Assembly (NCBI RefSeq): GCF_988243305.1
Contig: NZ_OZ547136.1
Direction: 5' to 3' (one strand)
DNA length: 64,000 nucleotides
The notes under the pieces are model-generated. The model did no database searches. It worked only from the letters and a program-made list of their open reading frames with translations, and was not told where the DNA came from. The stretch's first letter is position 1. Each line of letters opens with the position of its first letter. Shown here piece by piece: positions 10,823 to 22,985 of this stretch. The position numbers and the translations under genes are program-made.

Positions 10823-12840
10823 TGGATGCCCTGCAATTATTAACCTGGTCGCTGATCCTCTATCTGTTTGCCAGTCTGGCTTCGCTGTTTTTACTCGGTC
10901 TGGACAGACTGGCTATTAAGCTTTCCGGCATCACATCGCTGGTGGGTGGCGTGATTGGCATCATCAGCGGAATTACGCAATTACATGCAGGCGTAACTTT
11001 AGTCGCCCGTTTTGCCACGCCTTTTGACTTTGCCGATTTAACCCTGCGAATGGATAGCCTCTCGGCATTTATGGTGCTGGTTTTCTCCTTGCTGGTGGTG
11101 GTTTGTTCGCTCTATTCATTGACTTATATGCGCGAATACGAGGGCAAAGGCGCGGCGGCGATGGGCTTCTTTATGAATCTTTTCATCGCATCGATGGTTG
11201 CCCTGCTGGTGATGGACAACGCTTTTTGGTTCATCGTGCTGTTTGAAATGATGTCGCTGTCTTCCTGGTTTCTGGTCATTGCCAGGCAGGATAAAACGTC
11301 AATCAACGCTGGCATGCTCTACTTTTTTATCGCCCACGCCGGATCGGTGCTGATTATGATCGCCTTCTTGCTGATGTGGCGCGAAAGCGGCAGCCTCGAT
11401 TTTGCCAGTTTCCGCACGCTTTCACTTTCTCCGGGGCTGGCGTCGGCGGTGTTCCTGCTGGCCTTCTTCGGTTTTGGCGCGAAAGCCGGGATGATGCCGT
11501 TGCACAGCTGGTTGCCACGCGCTCACCCTGCCGCACCATCGCACGCTTCGGCGTTGATGTCTGGCGTAATGGTCAAAATCGGTATTTTCGGCATCCTGAA
11601 AGTAGCGATGGACCTGCTGGCGCAAACGGGTTTGCCGCTGTGGTGGGGCATTCTGGTGATGGCGATCGGCGCAATCTCCGCGCTCCTGGGCGTGCTGTAT
11701 GCGCTGGCGGAACAGGATATCAAACGGCTGCTGGCCTGGAGTACCGTCGAAAACGTCGGCATTATTTTGCTGGCGGTCGGTGTGGCGATGGTCGGTCTGT
11801 CACTGCACGACCCGCTGCTCACCGTTGTTGGACTGCTCGGCGCGCTGTTTCATCTGCTCAACCATGCGCTGTTCAAAGGGCTGCTGTTTCTCGGCGCGGG
11901 CGCGATTATTTCGCGTTTGCATACCCACGACATGGAAAAAATGGGGGCACTGGCAAAACGGATGCCGTGGACAGCCGCAGCATGCCTGATTGGTTGCCTC
12001 GCGATATCAGCCATTCCTCCGCTGAATGGTTTTATCAGCGAATGGTACACCTGGCAGTCGCTGTTCTCACTAAGTCGTGTGGAAGCCGTAGCGCTACAAC
12101 TTGCGGGTCCTATTGCTATGGTGATGCTGGCAGTCACTGGTGGGCTGGCAGTAATGTGCTTCGTCAAAATGTACGGTATTACTTTCTGTGGAGCGCCGCG
12201 CAGTACACACGCTGAAGAGGCACAGGAAGTGCCAAATACGATGATCGTCGCCATGCTACTGCTCGCGGCACTCTGCGTATTCATTGCGCTTAGTGCCAGT
12301 TGGCTAGCACCGAAGATAATGCACATTGCCCATGCGTTTACCAATACCCCTCCCGTCACTGTCGCCAGCGGAATAGCACTTGTACCCGGCACGTTTCATA
12401 CACGGGTCACTCCCTCATTACTGTTGCTGTTACTACTGGCAATGCCTTTGCTGCCTGGCCTTTACTGGCTATGGTGTCGTTCGCGCCGCGCAGCGTTTCG
12501 TCGCACAGGAGATGCCTGGGCATGCGGCTACGGCTGGGAAAATGCGATGGCCCCGTCAGGCAATGGCGTGATGCAGCCGCTGCGTGTGGTCTTTTGTGCG
12601 CTATTTCGTCTACGACAACAGCTCGACCCTACGCTGAGGCTGAACAAAGGTCTTGCGCACGTCACCGCCAGGGCTCAGAGCACAGAACCCTTCTGGGATG
12701 AGCGGGTGATCCGCCCCATCGTGAGCGCCACCCAACGGCTGGCCAAAGAAGTACAGCATCTGCAAAGCGGCGACTTTCGTCTCTATTGCCTGTATGTGGT
12801 TGCCGCACTGGTTGTGCTGCTAATCGCTATTGCCGTCTAA
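10822..12840 (+). CDS. hyfB: hydrogenase-4 component B, antiporter-like membrane subunit (NuoL/MnhA-like)
   Basis: 672-aa polytopic membrane ORF with the antiporter-subunit motif WLPxAH. Confidence 0.85.
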   Translation: MDALQLLTWSLILYLFASLASLFLLGLDRLAIKLSGITSLVGGVIGIISGITQLHAGVTLVARFATPFDFADLTLRMDSLSAFMVLVFSLLVVVCSLYSLTYMREYEGKGAAAMGFFMNLFIASMVALLVMDNAFWFIVLFEMMSLSSWFLVIARQDKTSINAGMLYFFIAHAGSVLIMIAFLLMWRESGSLDFASFRTLSLSPGLASAVFLLAFFGFGAKAGMMPLHSWLPRAHPAAPSHASALMSGVMVKIGIFGILKVAMDLLAQTGLPLWWGILVMAIGAISALLGVLYALAEQDIKRLLAWSTVENVGIILLAVGVAMVGLSLHDPLLTVVGLLGALFHLLNHALFKGLLFLGAGAIISRLHTHDMEKMGALAKRMPWTAAACLIGCLAISAIPPLNGFISEWYTWQSLFSLSRVEAVALQLAGPIAMVMLAVTGGLAVMCFVKMYGITFCGAPRSTHAEEAQEVPNTMIVAMLLLAALCVFIALSASWLAPKIMHIAHAFTNTPPVTVASGIALVPGTFHTRVTPSLLLLLLLAMPLLPGLYWLWCRSRRAAFRRTGDAWACGYGWENAMAPSGNGVMQPLRVVFCALFRLRQQLDPTLRLNKGLAHVTARAQSTEPFWDERVIRPIVSATQRLAKEVQHLQSGDFRLYCLYVVAALVVLLIAIAV

Positions 12841-12850
12841 GGAAATCACC

Positions 12851-13798
12851 ATGAGACAAACTCTTTGCGACGGATATCTGATCATTTTTGCGTTAGCACA
12901 GGCCGTGATTCTGCTGGTGCTAACCCCGCTTTTTACGGGGATTTCCCGGCAGATACGCGCGCGAATGCACTCCCGTCGCGGACCGGGGATCTGGCAGGAT
13001 TATCGCGATATCCACAAACTGTTTAAACGCCAGGAAGTTGCGCCGACATCTTCAGGTCTGATGTTCCGCCTGATGCCGTGGGTATTAATCAGCAGCATGC
13101 TGGTGCTGGCGATGGCCCTACCACTATTTATTACCGTTTCCCCTTTTGCGGGCGGCGGCGATCTGATCACCCTTATCTATCTTCTTGCCCTGTTTCGTTT
13201 TTTCTTTGCTCTTTCAGGGCTGGATACCGGAAGCCCGTTTGCGGGAGTCGGTGCCAGTCGCGAGTTGACGCTCGGCATTCTGGTCGAACCCATGCTCATT
13301 CTCTCAATGCTGGTATTGGCGCTGATAGCGGATTCCACGCATATCGAGATGATCAGCAAGACGCTGGCGACGGGCTGGAACTCGCCGCTAACCACCGTAC
13401 TGGCGTTACTGGCCTGTGGTTTTGCCTGCTTCATTGAGATGGGAAAAATTCCCTTTGATGTTGCTGAAGCAGAACAGGAATTACAGGAAGGCCCGCTAAC
13501 CGAATATTCCGGTGCCGGGCTGGCGCTAGCGAAATGGGGGCTGGGGCTGAAACAGGTCGTGATGGCAGCACTGTTTGTGGCCCTGTTTCTGCCCTTTGGG
13601 CGCGCGCAAGAACTTTCTCTCGCCTGCCTGCTGACTTCACTTGTCGTTACGCTGCTCAAGGTTTTGCTGATTTTTGTACTGGCCTCAATCGCAGAAAACA
13701 CGCTGGCACGCGGGCGTTTTTTACTCATTCACCATGTGACCTGGCTTGGCTTCAGCCTTGCTGCGCTTGCATGGGTCTTCTGGTTAACCGGTCTGTAA
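12851..13798 (+). CDS. hyfC: hydrogenase-4 component C, NuoH/HycD-like membrane subunit
   Basis: ORF 12830..13798; polytopic membrane protein; start probably at the internal Met (MRQTLCDGY). Confidence 0.8.
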   Translation: MRQTLCDGYLIIFALAQAVILLVLTPLFTGISRQIRARMHSRRGPGIWQDYRDIHKLFKRQEVAPTSSGLMFRLMPWVLISSMLVLAMALPLFITVSPFAGGGDLITLIYLLALFRFFFALSGLDTGSPFAGVGASRELTLGILVEPMLILSMLVLALIADSTHIEMISKTLATGWNSPLTTVLALLACGFACFIEMGKIPFDVAEAEQELQEGPLTEYSGAGLALAKWGLGLKQVVMAALFVALFLPFGRAQELSLACLLTSLVVTLLKVLLIFVLASIAENTLARGRFLLIHHVTWLGFSLAALAWVFWLTGL

Positions 13799-13814
13799 GG
13801 AGCACTGACGGAAT

Positions 13815-15254
13815 ATGGAAAATCTTGCTCTGACGACGTTAATGCTGCCTTTTATCGGCGCACTGGTCGTTTCGTTTTCGCCACAACGTCGGGCCGCCGA
13901 ATGGGGGGTTTTGTTCGCCGCGCTGACCACGCTGTGCATGTTGTCACTGATCTCCGCGTTTTATCAGGCCGATAAAGTTGCCGTCACGTTGACGTTGGTC
14001 AACGTGGGGGATGTGGCGTTGTTTGGCCTGGTCATTGATCGCGTGAGTACGCTGATTCTGTTTGTGGTGGTGTTTCTCGGTTTGCTGGTCACGATCTACT
14101 CCACGGGTTATCTGACGGATAAAAATCGCGAACACCCGCATAACGGCACGAATCGTTATTACGCATTTTTGCTGGTGTTTATCGGCGCGATGGCGGGACT
14201 GGTACTCTCTTCGACGCTGCTCGGTCAGTTGTTGTTTTTTGAAATTACGGGCGGCTGCTCCTGGGCGTTGATCAGTTATTACCAGAGCGATAAAGCGCAG
14301 CGTTCGGCACTAAAAGCGTTGCTTATTACCCATATCGGTTCGCTGGGGTTGTATCTTGCCGCCGCCACGCTGTTTTTGCAGACCGGAACGTTTGCGCTTA
14401 GCGCGATGAGCGAGTTACACGGCGACGCACGTTATCTGGTTTATGGCGGCATCCTGTTTGCCGCGTGGGGGAAATCGGCCCAGCTACCGATGCAAGCGTG
14501 GCTACCGGATGCAATGGAAGCGCCAACACCGATCAGCGCCTATCTCCACGCCGCATCGATGGTGAAAGTGGGCGTTTACATTTTTGCCCGTGCCATTATC
14601 GACGGCGGCAATATCCCGCATGTGATTGGCGGCGTTGGCATGGTTATGGCACTGGTCACCATTCTTTATGGCTTCCTGATGTATTTGCCACAGCAGGATA
14701 TGAAGCGGTTGCTGGCCTGGTCGACCATCACTCAACTTGGCTGGATGTTTTTCGGCTTGTCGCTCTCCATCTTCGGCTCGCGGCTGGCGCTGGAGGGTAG
14801 CATCGCTTACATCGTCAACCACGCGTTCGCTAAAAGCCTGTTTTTCCTTGTAGCAGGTGCGCTGAGTTACAGCTGCGGCACGCGCTTGTTGCCGCGTCTG
14901 CGTGGCGTATTGCACACCCTGCCGTTGCCAGGCGTGGGTTTCTGCGTGGCAGCGCTGGCAATTACCGGCGTGCCGCCGTTCAACGGCTTCTTCAGTAAAT
15001 TCCCGCTGTTTGCTGCCGGTTTTGCGTTGTCAGTGGAGTACTGGATCCTGCTGCCCGCCATGATTCTGCTGATGATTGAATCGGTCGCCAGTTTCGCCTG
15101 GTTTATTCGCTGGTTTGGTCGCGTCGTGCCTGGCAAACCTAGCGAGGCCGTCGCCGATGCCGCTCCGCTGCCAGGATCAATGCGCCTGGTGTTGATTGTA
15201 CTGATTGTGATGTCGCTGATTTCCAGCGTAATCGCCGCGACCTGGTTGCAGTAA
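13815..15254 (+). CDS. hyfD: hydrogenase-4 component D, antiporter-like membrane subunit
   Basis: 479-aa membrane ORF with the WLPDAMEAPTP motif. Confidence 0.85.
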   Translation: MENLALTTLMLPFIGALVVSFSPQRRAAEWGVLFAALTTLCMLSLISAFYQADKVAVTLTLVNVGDVALFGLVIDRVSTLILFVVVFLGLLVTIYSTGYLTDKNREHPHNGTNRYYAFLLVFIGAMAGLVLSSTLLGQLLFFEITGGCSWALISYYQSDKAQRSALKALLITHIGSLGLYLAAATLFLQTGTFALSAMSELHGDARYLVYGGILFAAWGKSAQLPMQAWLPDAMEAPTPISAYLHAASMVKVGVYIFARAIIDGGNIPHVIGGVGMVMALVTILYGFLMYLPQQDMKRLLAWSTITQLGWMFFGLSLSIFGSRLALEGSIAYIVNHAFAKSLFFLVAGALSYSCGTRLLPRLRGVLHTLPLPGVGFCVAALAITGVPPFNGFFSKFPLFAAGFALSVEYWILLPAMILLMIESVASFAWFIRWFGRVVPGKPSEAVADAAPLPGSMRLVLIVLIVMSLISSVIAATWLQ

Positions 15255-15265
15255 GGAGATGATGA

Positions 15266-15916
15266 ATGACCGGTTCTATGATCGTAAATAATCTGGCAGG
15301 ACTGATGATGCTGACATCGCTGTTTGTGATTAGCGTCAAAAGCTATCGCCTGTCATGCGGATTTTACGCCTGCCAGTCACTGGTGCTGGTGTCTATTTTC
15401 GCCACCCTCTCGTGCCTGTTCGCCGCAGAGCAACTGCTGATCTGGTCCGCCAGCGCCTTTATCACCAAAGTGCTGCTGGTGCCGTTAATCATGACTTACG
15501 CTGCACGAAATATTCCCCAGAACATCCCGGAAAAAGCGTTATTCGGTCCGGCAATGATGACACTGCTCGCGGCGTTAATTGTCCTGCTTTGCGCATTTGT
15601 CGTTCAGCCCGTGAAGCTACCGATGGCTACCGGGCTGAAACCGGCGCTGGCGGTGGCGTTAGGTCATTTTCTGCTTGGCCTGCTGTGCATTGTCAGCCAG
15701 CGCAATATCCTGCGGCAAATCTTTGGTTACTGCCTGCTGGAAAACGGCTCCCATCTGGTGCTGTCGCTTCTAGCCTGGCGTGCACCGGAACTGGTGGAAA
15801 TTGGTATCGCTACCGACGCCATCTTCGCCGTCATTGTAATGGTGTTACTGGCAAGAAAAATATGGCGTACCCACGGCACGCTGGACGTGAACAACTTGAC
15901 CGCGCTGAAGGGATAA
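15266..15916 (+). CDS. hyfE: hydrogenase-4 component E, membrane subunit
   Basis: 216-aa hydrophobic ORF at the expected position. Confidence 0.8.
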   Translation: MTGSMIVNNLAGLMMLTSLFVISVKSYRLSCGFYACQSLVLVSIFATLSCLFAAEQLLIWSASAFITKVLLVPLIMTYAARNIPQNIPEKALFGPAMMTLLAALIVLLCAFVVQPVKLPMATGLKPALAVALGHFLLGLLCIVSQRNILRQIFGYCLLENGSHLVLSLLAWRAPELVEIGIATDAIFAVIVMVLLARKIWRTHGTLDVNNLTALKG

Positions 15917-15920
15917 TGAG

Positions 15921-17501
15921 ATGAGTTATTCTGTGATGTTCGCTTTACTCCTGCTCACGCCGCTGCTTTTTTCGCTGCTCTGTTTTGCCTGCCGAAAACG
16001 GGGGCACTCTGCGACTCGCGCGGTGACAGTATTACATAGCTTAGGGATCACACTGCTGCTGATTCTGGCACTCTGGGTGGTCCAAACTGCCGCTGATGCG
16101 GGAGAAATATTCGCTGCGGGACTGTGGCTTCATATTGATGGTCTGGGCGGTTTGTTCCTCGCCATTCTTGGTGTGATTGGCTTTCTCACCGGTGTTTACT
16201 CGATTGGCTACATGCGTCATGAAGTGGAGCACGGCGAGCTTTCACCCGTTACGCTGTGCGATTACTACGGTTTCTTCCATCTGTTTTTGTTCACCATGCT
16301 GCTGGTTGTTACCAGCAATAACCTGATTGTGATGTGGGCGGCGATCGAAGCCACCACCTTAAGCTCGGCGTTTCTGGTAGGCATTTACGGTCAGCGTTCA
16401 TCGCTGGAAGCTGCATGGAAGTACATCATTATTTGTACTGTTGGTGTCGCTTTTGGTCTGTTCGGTACCGTGCTGGTATACGCCAACGCCGCCAGCGTTA
16501 TGCCGCAGGCAGAAATGGCGATATTCTGGAGCGAGGTTCTTAAGCAATCGTCCTTGCTTGACCCAACATTAATGCTGTTGGCCTTTGTGTTTGTGCTAAT
16601 TGGCTTTGGCACTAAAACCGGGCTATTCCCCATGCACGCCTGGCTGCCAGATGCTCACAGTGAAGCGCCGAGTCCGGTCAGCGCCCTGCTCTCCGCCGTA
16701 TTGCTGAACTGCGCGCTGTTGGTGCTTATTCGCTATTACATCATTATTTGCCAGGCCATCGGCAGCGATTTCCCCAACCGGTTGTTGCTCATCTTCGGCA
16801 TGTTGTCGGTTGCCGTGGCGGCATTTTTCATTCTGGTACAGCGGGACATTAAGCGTCTGCTGGCGTACTCCAGCGTGGAGAACATGGGACTGGTCGCGGT
16901 GGCGCTAGGCATTGGCGGGCCGCTGGGAATTTTTGCCGCGCTGCTGCACACCTTAAACCACAGTCTGGCAAAAACGCTGTTGTTCTGCGGTTCCGGCAAT
17001 GTACTGCTCAAGTACGGCACGCGCGATCTCAACGTCGTCTGCGGAATGCTTAAAATCATGCCATTTACCGCCGTGTTGTTTGGCGGCGGTGCGCTGGCGC
17101 TGGCCGGGATGCCGCCCTTCAACATTTTTCTTAGCGAATTTATGACCGTTACCGCCGGACTGGCGCGTAATCATCTGCTGCTTATCGTCCTGCTGTTATT
17201 GCTGTTAACGCTGGTGCTGGCGGGCCTGGTACGGATGGCTGCGCGGGTGTTAATGGCGAAACCGCCGCAGGCCGTTAACCGGGGTGAACTTGGCTGGTTG
17301 ACCACCTCGCCAATGGTGATTCTGCTGGTCATGATGCTGGCGATGGGAACGCATATTCCACAACCTGTCATCAGGATCCTGGCGGGCGCTTCCACTATAG
17401 TCCTCTCAGGGACGCACGACCTGCCTGCACAACGTAGCACCTGGCATGATTTTTTGCCTTCAGGCACCGCATCTGTTTCGGAGAAACACAGTGAACGTTA
17501 A
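15921..17501 (+). CDS. hyfF: hydrogenase-4 component F, antiporter-like membrane subunit
   Basis: 526-aa membrane ORF with the [12 protein letters not shown] motif. Confidence 0.85.
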   Translation: MSYSVMFALLLLTPLLFSLLCFACRKRGHSATRAVTVLHSLGITLLLILALWVVQTAADAGEIFAAGLWLHIDGLGGLFLAILGVIGFLTGVYSIGYMRHEVEHGELSPVTLCDYYGFFHLFLFTMLLVVTSNNLIVMWAAIEATTLSSAFLVGIYGQRSSLEAAWKYIIICTVGVAFGLFGTVLVYANAASVMPQAEMAIFWSEVLKQSSLLDPTLMLLAFVFVLIGFGTKTGLFPMHAWLPDAHSEAPSPVSALLSAVLLNCALLVLIRYYIIICQAIGSDFPNRLLLIFGMLSVAVAAFFILVQRDIKRLLAYSSVENMGLVAVALGIGGPLGIFAALLHTLNHSLAKTLLFCGSGNVLLKYGTRDLNVVCGMLKIMPFTAVLFGGGALALAGMPPFNIFLSEFMTVTAGLARNHLLLIVLLLLLLTLVLAGLVRMAARVLMAKPPQAVNRGELGWLTTSPMVILLVMMLAMGTHIPQPVIRILAGASTIVLSGTHDLPAQRSTWHDFLPSGTASVSEKHSER

Positions 17502-19206
17502 TTCATCGTCAAATCGTGGCGAAGCGATTCTCGCCGCCCTGAAAACGCAGTTCCCCGGCGCGGTGCTGGATGAAGAGCGACAAACGCCTGAACAGGTCAC
17601 CATTACGGTGAAAATCAATCTGCTGCCTGACGTTGTGCATTATCTTTATTATCAACATGATGGCTGGCTTCCAGTCCTGTTTGGCAACGACGAGCGGACA
17701 CTTAACGGTCATTACGCGGTTTATTATGCCCTTTCTATGGAAGGGGCCGAAAAATGCTGGATCGTGGTGAAGGCACTGGTCGATGCCGACAGTCGGGAGT
17801 TTCCGTCAGTCACACCGCGCGTCCCTGCCGCGGTCTGGGGCGAGCGAGAAATTCGCGATATGTACGGGCTGATTCCGGTTGGCCTGCCGGATCAGCGTCG
17901 CCTGGTGTTGCCCGATGACTGGCCGGAAGATATGCATCCGCTGCGCAAAGATGCGATGGATTATCGACTGCGCCCTGAACCGACGACTGATTCCGAAACG
18001 TATCCGTTTATCAATGAGGGCAACAGCGATGCGCGGGTGATCCCTGTCGGCCCGATGCATATCACCTCCGATGAACCGGGTCACTTCCGCTTGTTTGTGG
18101 ATGGCGAGCAAATTGTCGATGCTGATTACCGCCTGTTTTATGTCCATCGCGGCATGGAGAAACTGGCAGAAACGCGGATGGGCTACAACGAAGTGACCTT
18201 CTTATCCGACCGCGTGTGTGGGATTTGCGGTTTTGCCCACAGTGTGGCCTATACCAACTCGGTTGAAAATGCACTGGGGATTGAGGTGCCGCAACGAGCG
18301 CATACTATTCGCTCGATTCTGCTGGAAGTCGAACGGCTGCATAGTCATTTGCTCAACCTTGGCCTCTCCTGCCATTTTGTTGGTTTTGATACCGGCTTTA
18401 TGCAATTTTTCCGCGTGCGGGAAAAGTCGATGACGATGGCGGAATTGCTGACCGGGTCGCGTAAAACCTACGGTCTGAATCTGATTGGTGGTGTTCGCCG
18501 CGATATTCTCAAAGAGCAACGTCTGCAAACGCTGAAACTGGTGCGCGAGATGCGCGCCGACGTGTCGGAGCTGGTAGAGATGCTACTTGCCACGCCGAAT
18601 ATGGAACAACGCACTCAGGGCATTGGCATTCTCGACCGACAAATCGCCCGTGATTATAGCCCCGTAGGGCCGCTGATCCGCGGCAGTGGTTTTGCCCGTG
18701 ATTTGCGCTTTGATCACCCCTACGCCGACTACGGCAATATTCCCAAAACGCTGTTTACCTTTACCGGCGGCGATGTCTTCTCCCGCGTGATGGTCCGTGT
18801 CAAAGAGACGTTTGATTCGCTGGCAATGCTGGAATTTGCCCTCGACAACATGCCAGATACCCCACTGCTGACCGAAGGCTTTAGCTATAAACCTCACGCA
18901 TTCGCGCTGGGCTTTGTTGAAGCGCCACGTGGTGAAGACGTGCACTGGAGCATGCTCGGTGATAACCAAAAATTGTTCCGCTGGCGCTGTCGTGCCGCCA
19001 CCTACGCCAACTGGCCAGTGCTGCGTTACATGCTGCGCGGCAATACCGTTTCTGACGCACCGCTAATTATCGGTAGCCTTGATCCCTGCTACTCCTGTAC
19101 CGACCGTGTGACGCTGGTTGATGTGCGCAAGCGCCAGTCAAAAACCGTGCCGTATAAAGAGATCGAACGCTACGGCATTGATCGTAACCGTTCGCCGCTG
19201 AAGTAA
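17491..19206 (+). CDS. hyfG: hydrogenase-4 large [NiFe] catalytic subunit
   Basis: ORF 17446..19206; N-terminal RVCGICG and C-terminal DPCYSCTDR Ni-Fe ligand motifs; start uncertain, probably the GTG at 17491 overlapping the hyfF end. Confidence 0.8.
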   Translation: MNVNSSSNRGEAILAALKTQFPGAVLDEERQTPEQVTITVKINLLPDVVHYLYYQHDGWLPVLFGNDERTLNGHYAVYYALSMEGAEKCWIVVKALVDADSREFPSVTPRVPAAVWGEREIRDMYGLIPVGLPDQRRLVLPDDWPEDMHPLRKDAMDYRLRPEPTTDSETYPFINEGNSDARVIPVGPMHITSDEPGHFRLFVDGEQIVDADYRLFYVHRGMEKLAETRMGYNEVTFLSDRVCGICGFAHSVAYTNSVENALGIEVPQRAHTIRSILLEVERLHSHLLNLGLSCHFVGFDTGFMQFFRVREKSMTMAELLTGSRKTYGLNLIGGVRRDILKEQRLQTLKLVREMRADVSELVEMLLATPNMEQRTQGIGILDRQIARDYSPVGPLIRGSGFARDLRFDHPYADYGNIPKTLFTFTGGDVFSRVMVRVKETFDSLAMLEFALDNMPDTPLLTEGFSYKPHAFALGFVEAPRGEDVHWSMLGDNQKLFRWRCRAATYANWPVLRYMLRGNTVSDAPLIIGSLDPCYSCTDRVTLVDVRKRQSKTVPYKEIERYGIDRNRSPLK

Positions 19207-19215
19207 GGACAGAAA

Positions 19216-19761
19216 ATGCTGAAGTTACTTAAAACTATTATGCGCGCCGGAACCGCGACGGTGAAATATCCCTTCGCGCCACTGGAGGTCAGCCCAGGCT
19301 TTCGCGGGAAACCGGACCTGATGCCCAGCCAATGTATTGCCTGCGGTGCCTGCGCCTGTGCTTGTCCGGCAAATGCGCTGACTATCCAGACCGACGACCA
19401 GCAAAATACGCGCACCTGGCAGCTCTATCTGGGGCGTTGTATTTACTGCGGACGTTGTGAAGAAGTGTGCCCGACCAGAGCCATCCAGCTTACCAATAAC
19501 TTTGAACTGACCGTCACCAATAAAGCCGATCTCTATACCCGCGCGACGTTCCATCTACAACGTTGCAGCCGTTGCGAACGCCCGTTTGCCCCGCAAAAAA
19601 CCGTCGCACTGGCTGCTGAATTGTTGGCACAGCAACAAAATGCGCCACAAAACCGCGAAATGTTATGGGCGCAAGCGAGCGTCTGCCCGGAATGCAAACA
19701 ACACGCGACGCTGATTAACGACAACACAGATGTACCGCTGGTGGCTAAGGAGCAGCTATGA
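19216..19761 (+). CDS. hyfH: hydrogenase-4 component H, 4Fe-4S ferredoxin-type subunit
   Basis: 181-aa ORF with two CxxCxxCxxxCP motifs. Confidence 0.85.
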   Translation: MLKLLKTIMRAGTATVKYPFAPLEVSPGFRGKPDLMPSQCIACGACACACPANALTIQTDDQQNTRTWQLYLGRCIYCGRCEEVCPTRAIQLTNNFELTVTNKADLYTRATFHLQRCSRCERPFAPQKTVALAAELLAQQQNAPQNREMLWAQASVCPECKQHATLINDNTDVPLVAKEQL

Positions 19762-20516
19762 GTCCAGTGCTTACACAACATGTCAGCCAGCCCATCACGC
19801 TGGACGAGCAAACGCAAAAGATGAAGCGGCATTTGCTACAGGATATCCGTCGCTCAGCCTACGTTTATCGCGTCGATTGCGGCGGCTGCAACGCCTGTGA
19901 AATCGAAATTTTTGCCGCCATCACACCAGTATTCGACGCAGAACGTTTTGGCATTAAGGTTGTTTCATCACCGCGTCACGCCGATATTTTGTTATTTACT
20001 GGCGCAGTCACCCGGGCGATGCGTATGCCTGCACTTCGGGCGTATGAGTCTGCCCCCGATCATAAAATTTGTGTTTCCTACGGCGCGTGCGGTGTCGGCG
20101 GCGGTATTTTCCACGATCTTTACAGCGTCTGGGGCGGCAGCGACACCATTGTCCCCATTGATGTTTGGATCCCCGGCTGCCCGCCAACACCGGCCGCCAC
20201 CATTCACGGTTTCGCCGTGGCGCTCGGTTTGCTGCAACAGAAGATTCACGCGGTGGATTATCGCGATCCCACCGGGGTGACCATGCAACCGCTGTGGCCG
20301 CAGATCCCGCCATCACAGCGTATCGCCGTTGAGCGAGAAGCGCGGCGGCTGGCGGGCTATCGTCAAGGGCGAGAAATTTGCGATCGACTCCTGCGCCATT
20401 TAAGCGACGATCCTACAGGAAATCGGGTTAACACCTGGTTGCGCGAAGCCGACGATCCGCGTCTCAATAGTATCGTTCAGCAACTCTTTCGCGTTCTCCG
20501 GGGGTTACATGGCTGA
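19758..20516 (+). CDS. hyfI: hydrogenase-4 small subunit (NuoB-like)
   Basis: 252-aa ORF with NuoB-type cysteine motifs ([12 protein letters not shown]). Confidence 0.85.
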   Translation: MSPVLTQHVSQPITLDEQTQKMKRHLLQDIRRSAYVYRVDCGGCNACEIEIFAAITPVFDAERFGIKVVSSPRHADILLFTGAVTRAMRMPALRAYESAPDHKICVSYGACGVGGGIFHDLYSVWGGSDTIVPIDVWIPGCPPTPAATIHGFAVALGLLQQKIHAVDYRDPTGVTMQPLWPQIPPSQRIAVEREARRLAGYRQGREICDRLLRHLSDDPTGNRVNTWLREADDPRLNSIVQQLFRVLRGLHG

Positions 20517-20922
20517 GGAGTGCAGGGAAATTGTTTTCTGGACGCTGCGAAAAAAATTTATCGCCAGTAGCGACGAGATGCCGGAACACAGCTCCCAGGT
20601 AATGTATTACTCGTTGGCTATCGGCCATCACGTTGGCGTGATTGATTGTCTGAATGTCGCCTTCCGCTGCCCACTGACGGAATACGAAGATTGGCTTGCA
20701 CTGGTCGAAGAGGAGCAAGCCCGACGTAAGATGCTGGGGGTGATGACTTTTGGTGAGATTGTTATTGACACCAGCCACACCGCCCTGTTGACCCGGGCAT
20801 TCGCGCCACTGGCAGATGACGCGACGTCGGCGTGGCAGGCGCGTAGCATTCAATTCATTCATCTGTTGGATGAAATTGTGCAGGAACCGGCTATCTATCT
20901 GATGGCCAGAAAAATTGCGTGA
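20509..20922 (+). CDS. hyfJ: hydrogenase-4 component J (HycH-like maturation/assembly factor)
   Basis: 137-aa ORF between hyfI and hyfR. Confidence 0.75.
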   Translation: MAEECREIVFWTLRKKFIASSDEMPEHSSQVMYYSLAIGHHVGVIDCLNVAFRCPLTEYEDWLALVEEEQARRKMLGVMTFGEIVIDTSHTALLTRAFAPLADDATSAWQARSIQFIHLLDEIVQEPAIYLMARKIA

Positions 20923-20951
20923 GAAGGATTTCTCATTAATAAGGACTGTTG

Positions 20952-22964
20952 ATGGCTATGTCAGACGAGGCGATGTTTGCCCCGCCGCAAGGAATAACAA
21001 TTGAAGCGGTAAACGGAATGCTCGCGGAGCGGTTAGCGCAGAAACACGGCAAGGCGTCTTTATTACGCGCCTTCATCCCGCTGCCGCCGCCGTTCAGCCC
21101 GGTACAACTTATTGAACTGCACGTTCTCAAAAGCAACTTCTATTACCGCTACCATGATGATGGCAGCGATGTGACGGCAACAGCAGAGTATCAGGGCGAG
21201 ATGGTCGATTATTCGCGTCACGCCGTCCTTCTCGGCAGTAGTGGAATGGCGGAGCTACGCTTTATTCGCACTCACGGCAGCCGTTTTACTCCCCAGGATT
21301 GCACACTGTTTAACTGGCTGGCGCGGATAATCACCCCGGTTCTGCAATCATGGCTCAATGATGAAGAACAGCAGGTGGCGCTGCGTTTGCTGGAGAAAGA
21401 TCGCGATCATCATCGGGTACTGGTGGATATCACTAATGCAGTATTGTCACATCTTGATCTCGACGATCTGATCGCTGACGTCGCTCGTGAGATCCATCAT
21501 TTTTTCGGTCTGGCTTCAGTCAGTATGGTACTGGGCGATCATCGAAAGAACGAGAAGTTCAGCCTGTGGTGCAGCGATCTTTCTGCCTCACATTGTGCGT
21601 GTCTGCCACGCTGTATGCCTGGCGAAAGTGTATTGCTGACACAAACGCTACAAACCCGACAACCGACCTTGACGCACCGTGCAGACGATCAGTTTCTCTG
21701 GCAACGCGACCCGTTATTACACTTACTTGCATCTAACGGCTGCGAATCTGCGCTCCTTATACCGCTCACCTTTGGCAACCATACACCGGGTGCATTGTTG
21801 CTGGCGCATACCTCTTCCACTCTCTTTAGTGAGGAAAACTGCCAACTACTACAACATATTGCCGATCGCATCGCTATTGCCGTTGGCAATGCCGATGCCT
21901 GGCGCAGCATGACCGATTTGCAGGAAAGCTTGCAGCAAGAAAACCACCAGCTTAGCGAGCAGCTCCTTTCGAATCTGGGCGTCGGTGACATTATCTATCA
22001 AAGCCAGGCAATGGAAGATTTGCTCCAGCAGGTAGATATTGTGGCGAAGAGCGACAGTACGGTGTTGATTTGTGGTGAAACCGGAACCGGCAAAGAGGTG
22101 ATCGCCAGAGCGATCCATCAACTTAGCCCACGACGCGACAAGCCACTGGTCAAAATCAACTGCGCTGCCATCCCCGCCAGTCTTCTGGAAAGTGAGTTAT
22201 TCGGCCATGACAAAGGGGCATTTACTGGTGCGATTAATACCCATCGTGGTCGTTTTGAAATTGCCGATGGCGGCACGTTGTTTCTCGATGAAATTGGCGA
22301 TCTGCCGTTAGAACTTCAGCCTAAACTGCTGCGCGTATTGCAGGAACGGGAAATTGAGCGTCTCGGCGGGAGTAGAACGATCCCGGTAAATGTCAGAGTC
22401 ATTGCCGCCACCAACCGTGATTTGTGGCAAATGGTTGAAGATCGCCAGTTTCGCAGCGATCTCTTTTATCGCCTGAATGTCTTCCCACTGGAACTGCCGC
22501 CACTGCGCGACCGTCCGGAAGATATCCCTCTTTTAGCAAAGCATTTCACGCAAAAAATGGCGCGCCATATGAATCGCGCAATTGACGCCATCCCGACCGA
22601 GGCGCTACGCCAGTTGATGTCGTGGGACTGGCCGGGCAACGTGCGCGAGCTGGAAAACGTGATTGAGCGAGCGGTACTACTGACTCGCGGTAAAAGTCTG
22701 AATTTACATCTTAATGTCCGACAAAGCCGTTTACTGCCGACGCTAAATGAAGATTCAGCGCTTCGCAGTTCAATGGCGCAGTTGCTGCACCCGACGACGC
22801 CAGAGAATGACGAAGAAGAACGTCAGCGCATTGTTCAGGTATTGCGAGAAACCAATGGCATTGTTGCCGGGCCCCGTGGCGCAGCGACGCGATTAGGGAT
22901 GAAGCGCACCACGCTGCTGTCACGAATGCAGCGGCTGGGGATCTCGGTTCGCGAGGTGTTGTAA
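20952..22964 (+). CDS. hyfR: sigma54-dependent transcriptional activator HyfR (FhlA family)
   Basis: ORF 20949..22964; AAA+ sigma54-interaction domain (GETGTGKE Walker A, GAFTGA motif) and a C-terminal HTH. Confidence 0.9.
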   Translation: MAMSDEAMFAPPQGITIEAVNGMLAERLAQKHGKASLLRAFIPLPPPFSPVQLIELHVLKSNFYYRYHDDGSDVTATAEYQGEMVDYSRHAVLLGSSGMAELRFIRTHGSRFTPQDCTLFNWLARIITPVLQSWLNDEEQQVALRLLEKDRDHHRVLVDITNAVLSHLDLDDLIADVAREIHHFFGLASVSMVLGDHRKNEKFSLWCSDLSASHCACLPRCMPGESVLLTQTLQTRQPTLTHRADDQFLWQRDPLLHLLASNGCESALLIPLTFGNHTPGALLLAHTSSTLFSEENCQLLQHIADRIAIAVGNADAWRSMTDLQESLQQENHQLSEQLLSNLGVGDIIYQSQAMEDLLQQVDIVAKSDSTVLICGETGTGKEVIARAIHQLSPRRDKPLVKINCAAIPASLLESELFGHDKGAFTGAINTHRGRFEIADGGTLFLDEIGDLPLELQPKLLRVLQEREIERLGGSRTIPVNVRVIAATNRDLWQMVEDRQFRSDLFYRLNVFPLELPPLRDRPEDIPLLAKHFTQKMARHMNRAIDAIPTEALRQLMSWDWPGNVRELENVIERAVLLTRGKSLNLHLNVRQSRLLPTLNEDSALRSSMAQLLHPTTPENDEEERQRIVQVLRETNGIVAGPRGAATRLGMKRTTLLSRMQRLGISVREVL

Positions 22965-22985
22965 TCTGCTTTTGCAGGAGTATGC

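Noticed and set aside
11376-12215. 279-aa plus-strand ORF (and several 60-180 aa ORFs on both strands) inside hyfB
   Set aside because: It lies in an alternative frame of the well-supported hyfB coding sequence; its Arg/Ala/Gly-rich low-complexity translation is typical of spurious frames in GC-rich membrane-protein genes.
17446-17501. 56-bp overlap between the longest hyfG ORF and hyfF
   Set aside because: It is probably an artefact of choosing the most upstream start; the GTG at 17491 gives an 11-bp overlap typical of coupled operon genes, so no unusual overlap is claimed.
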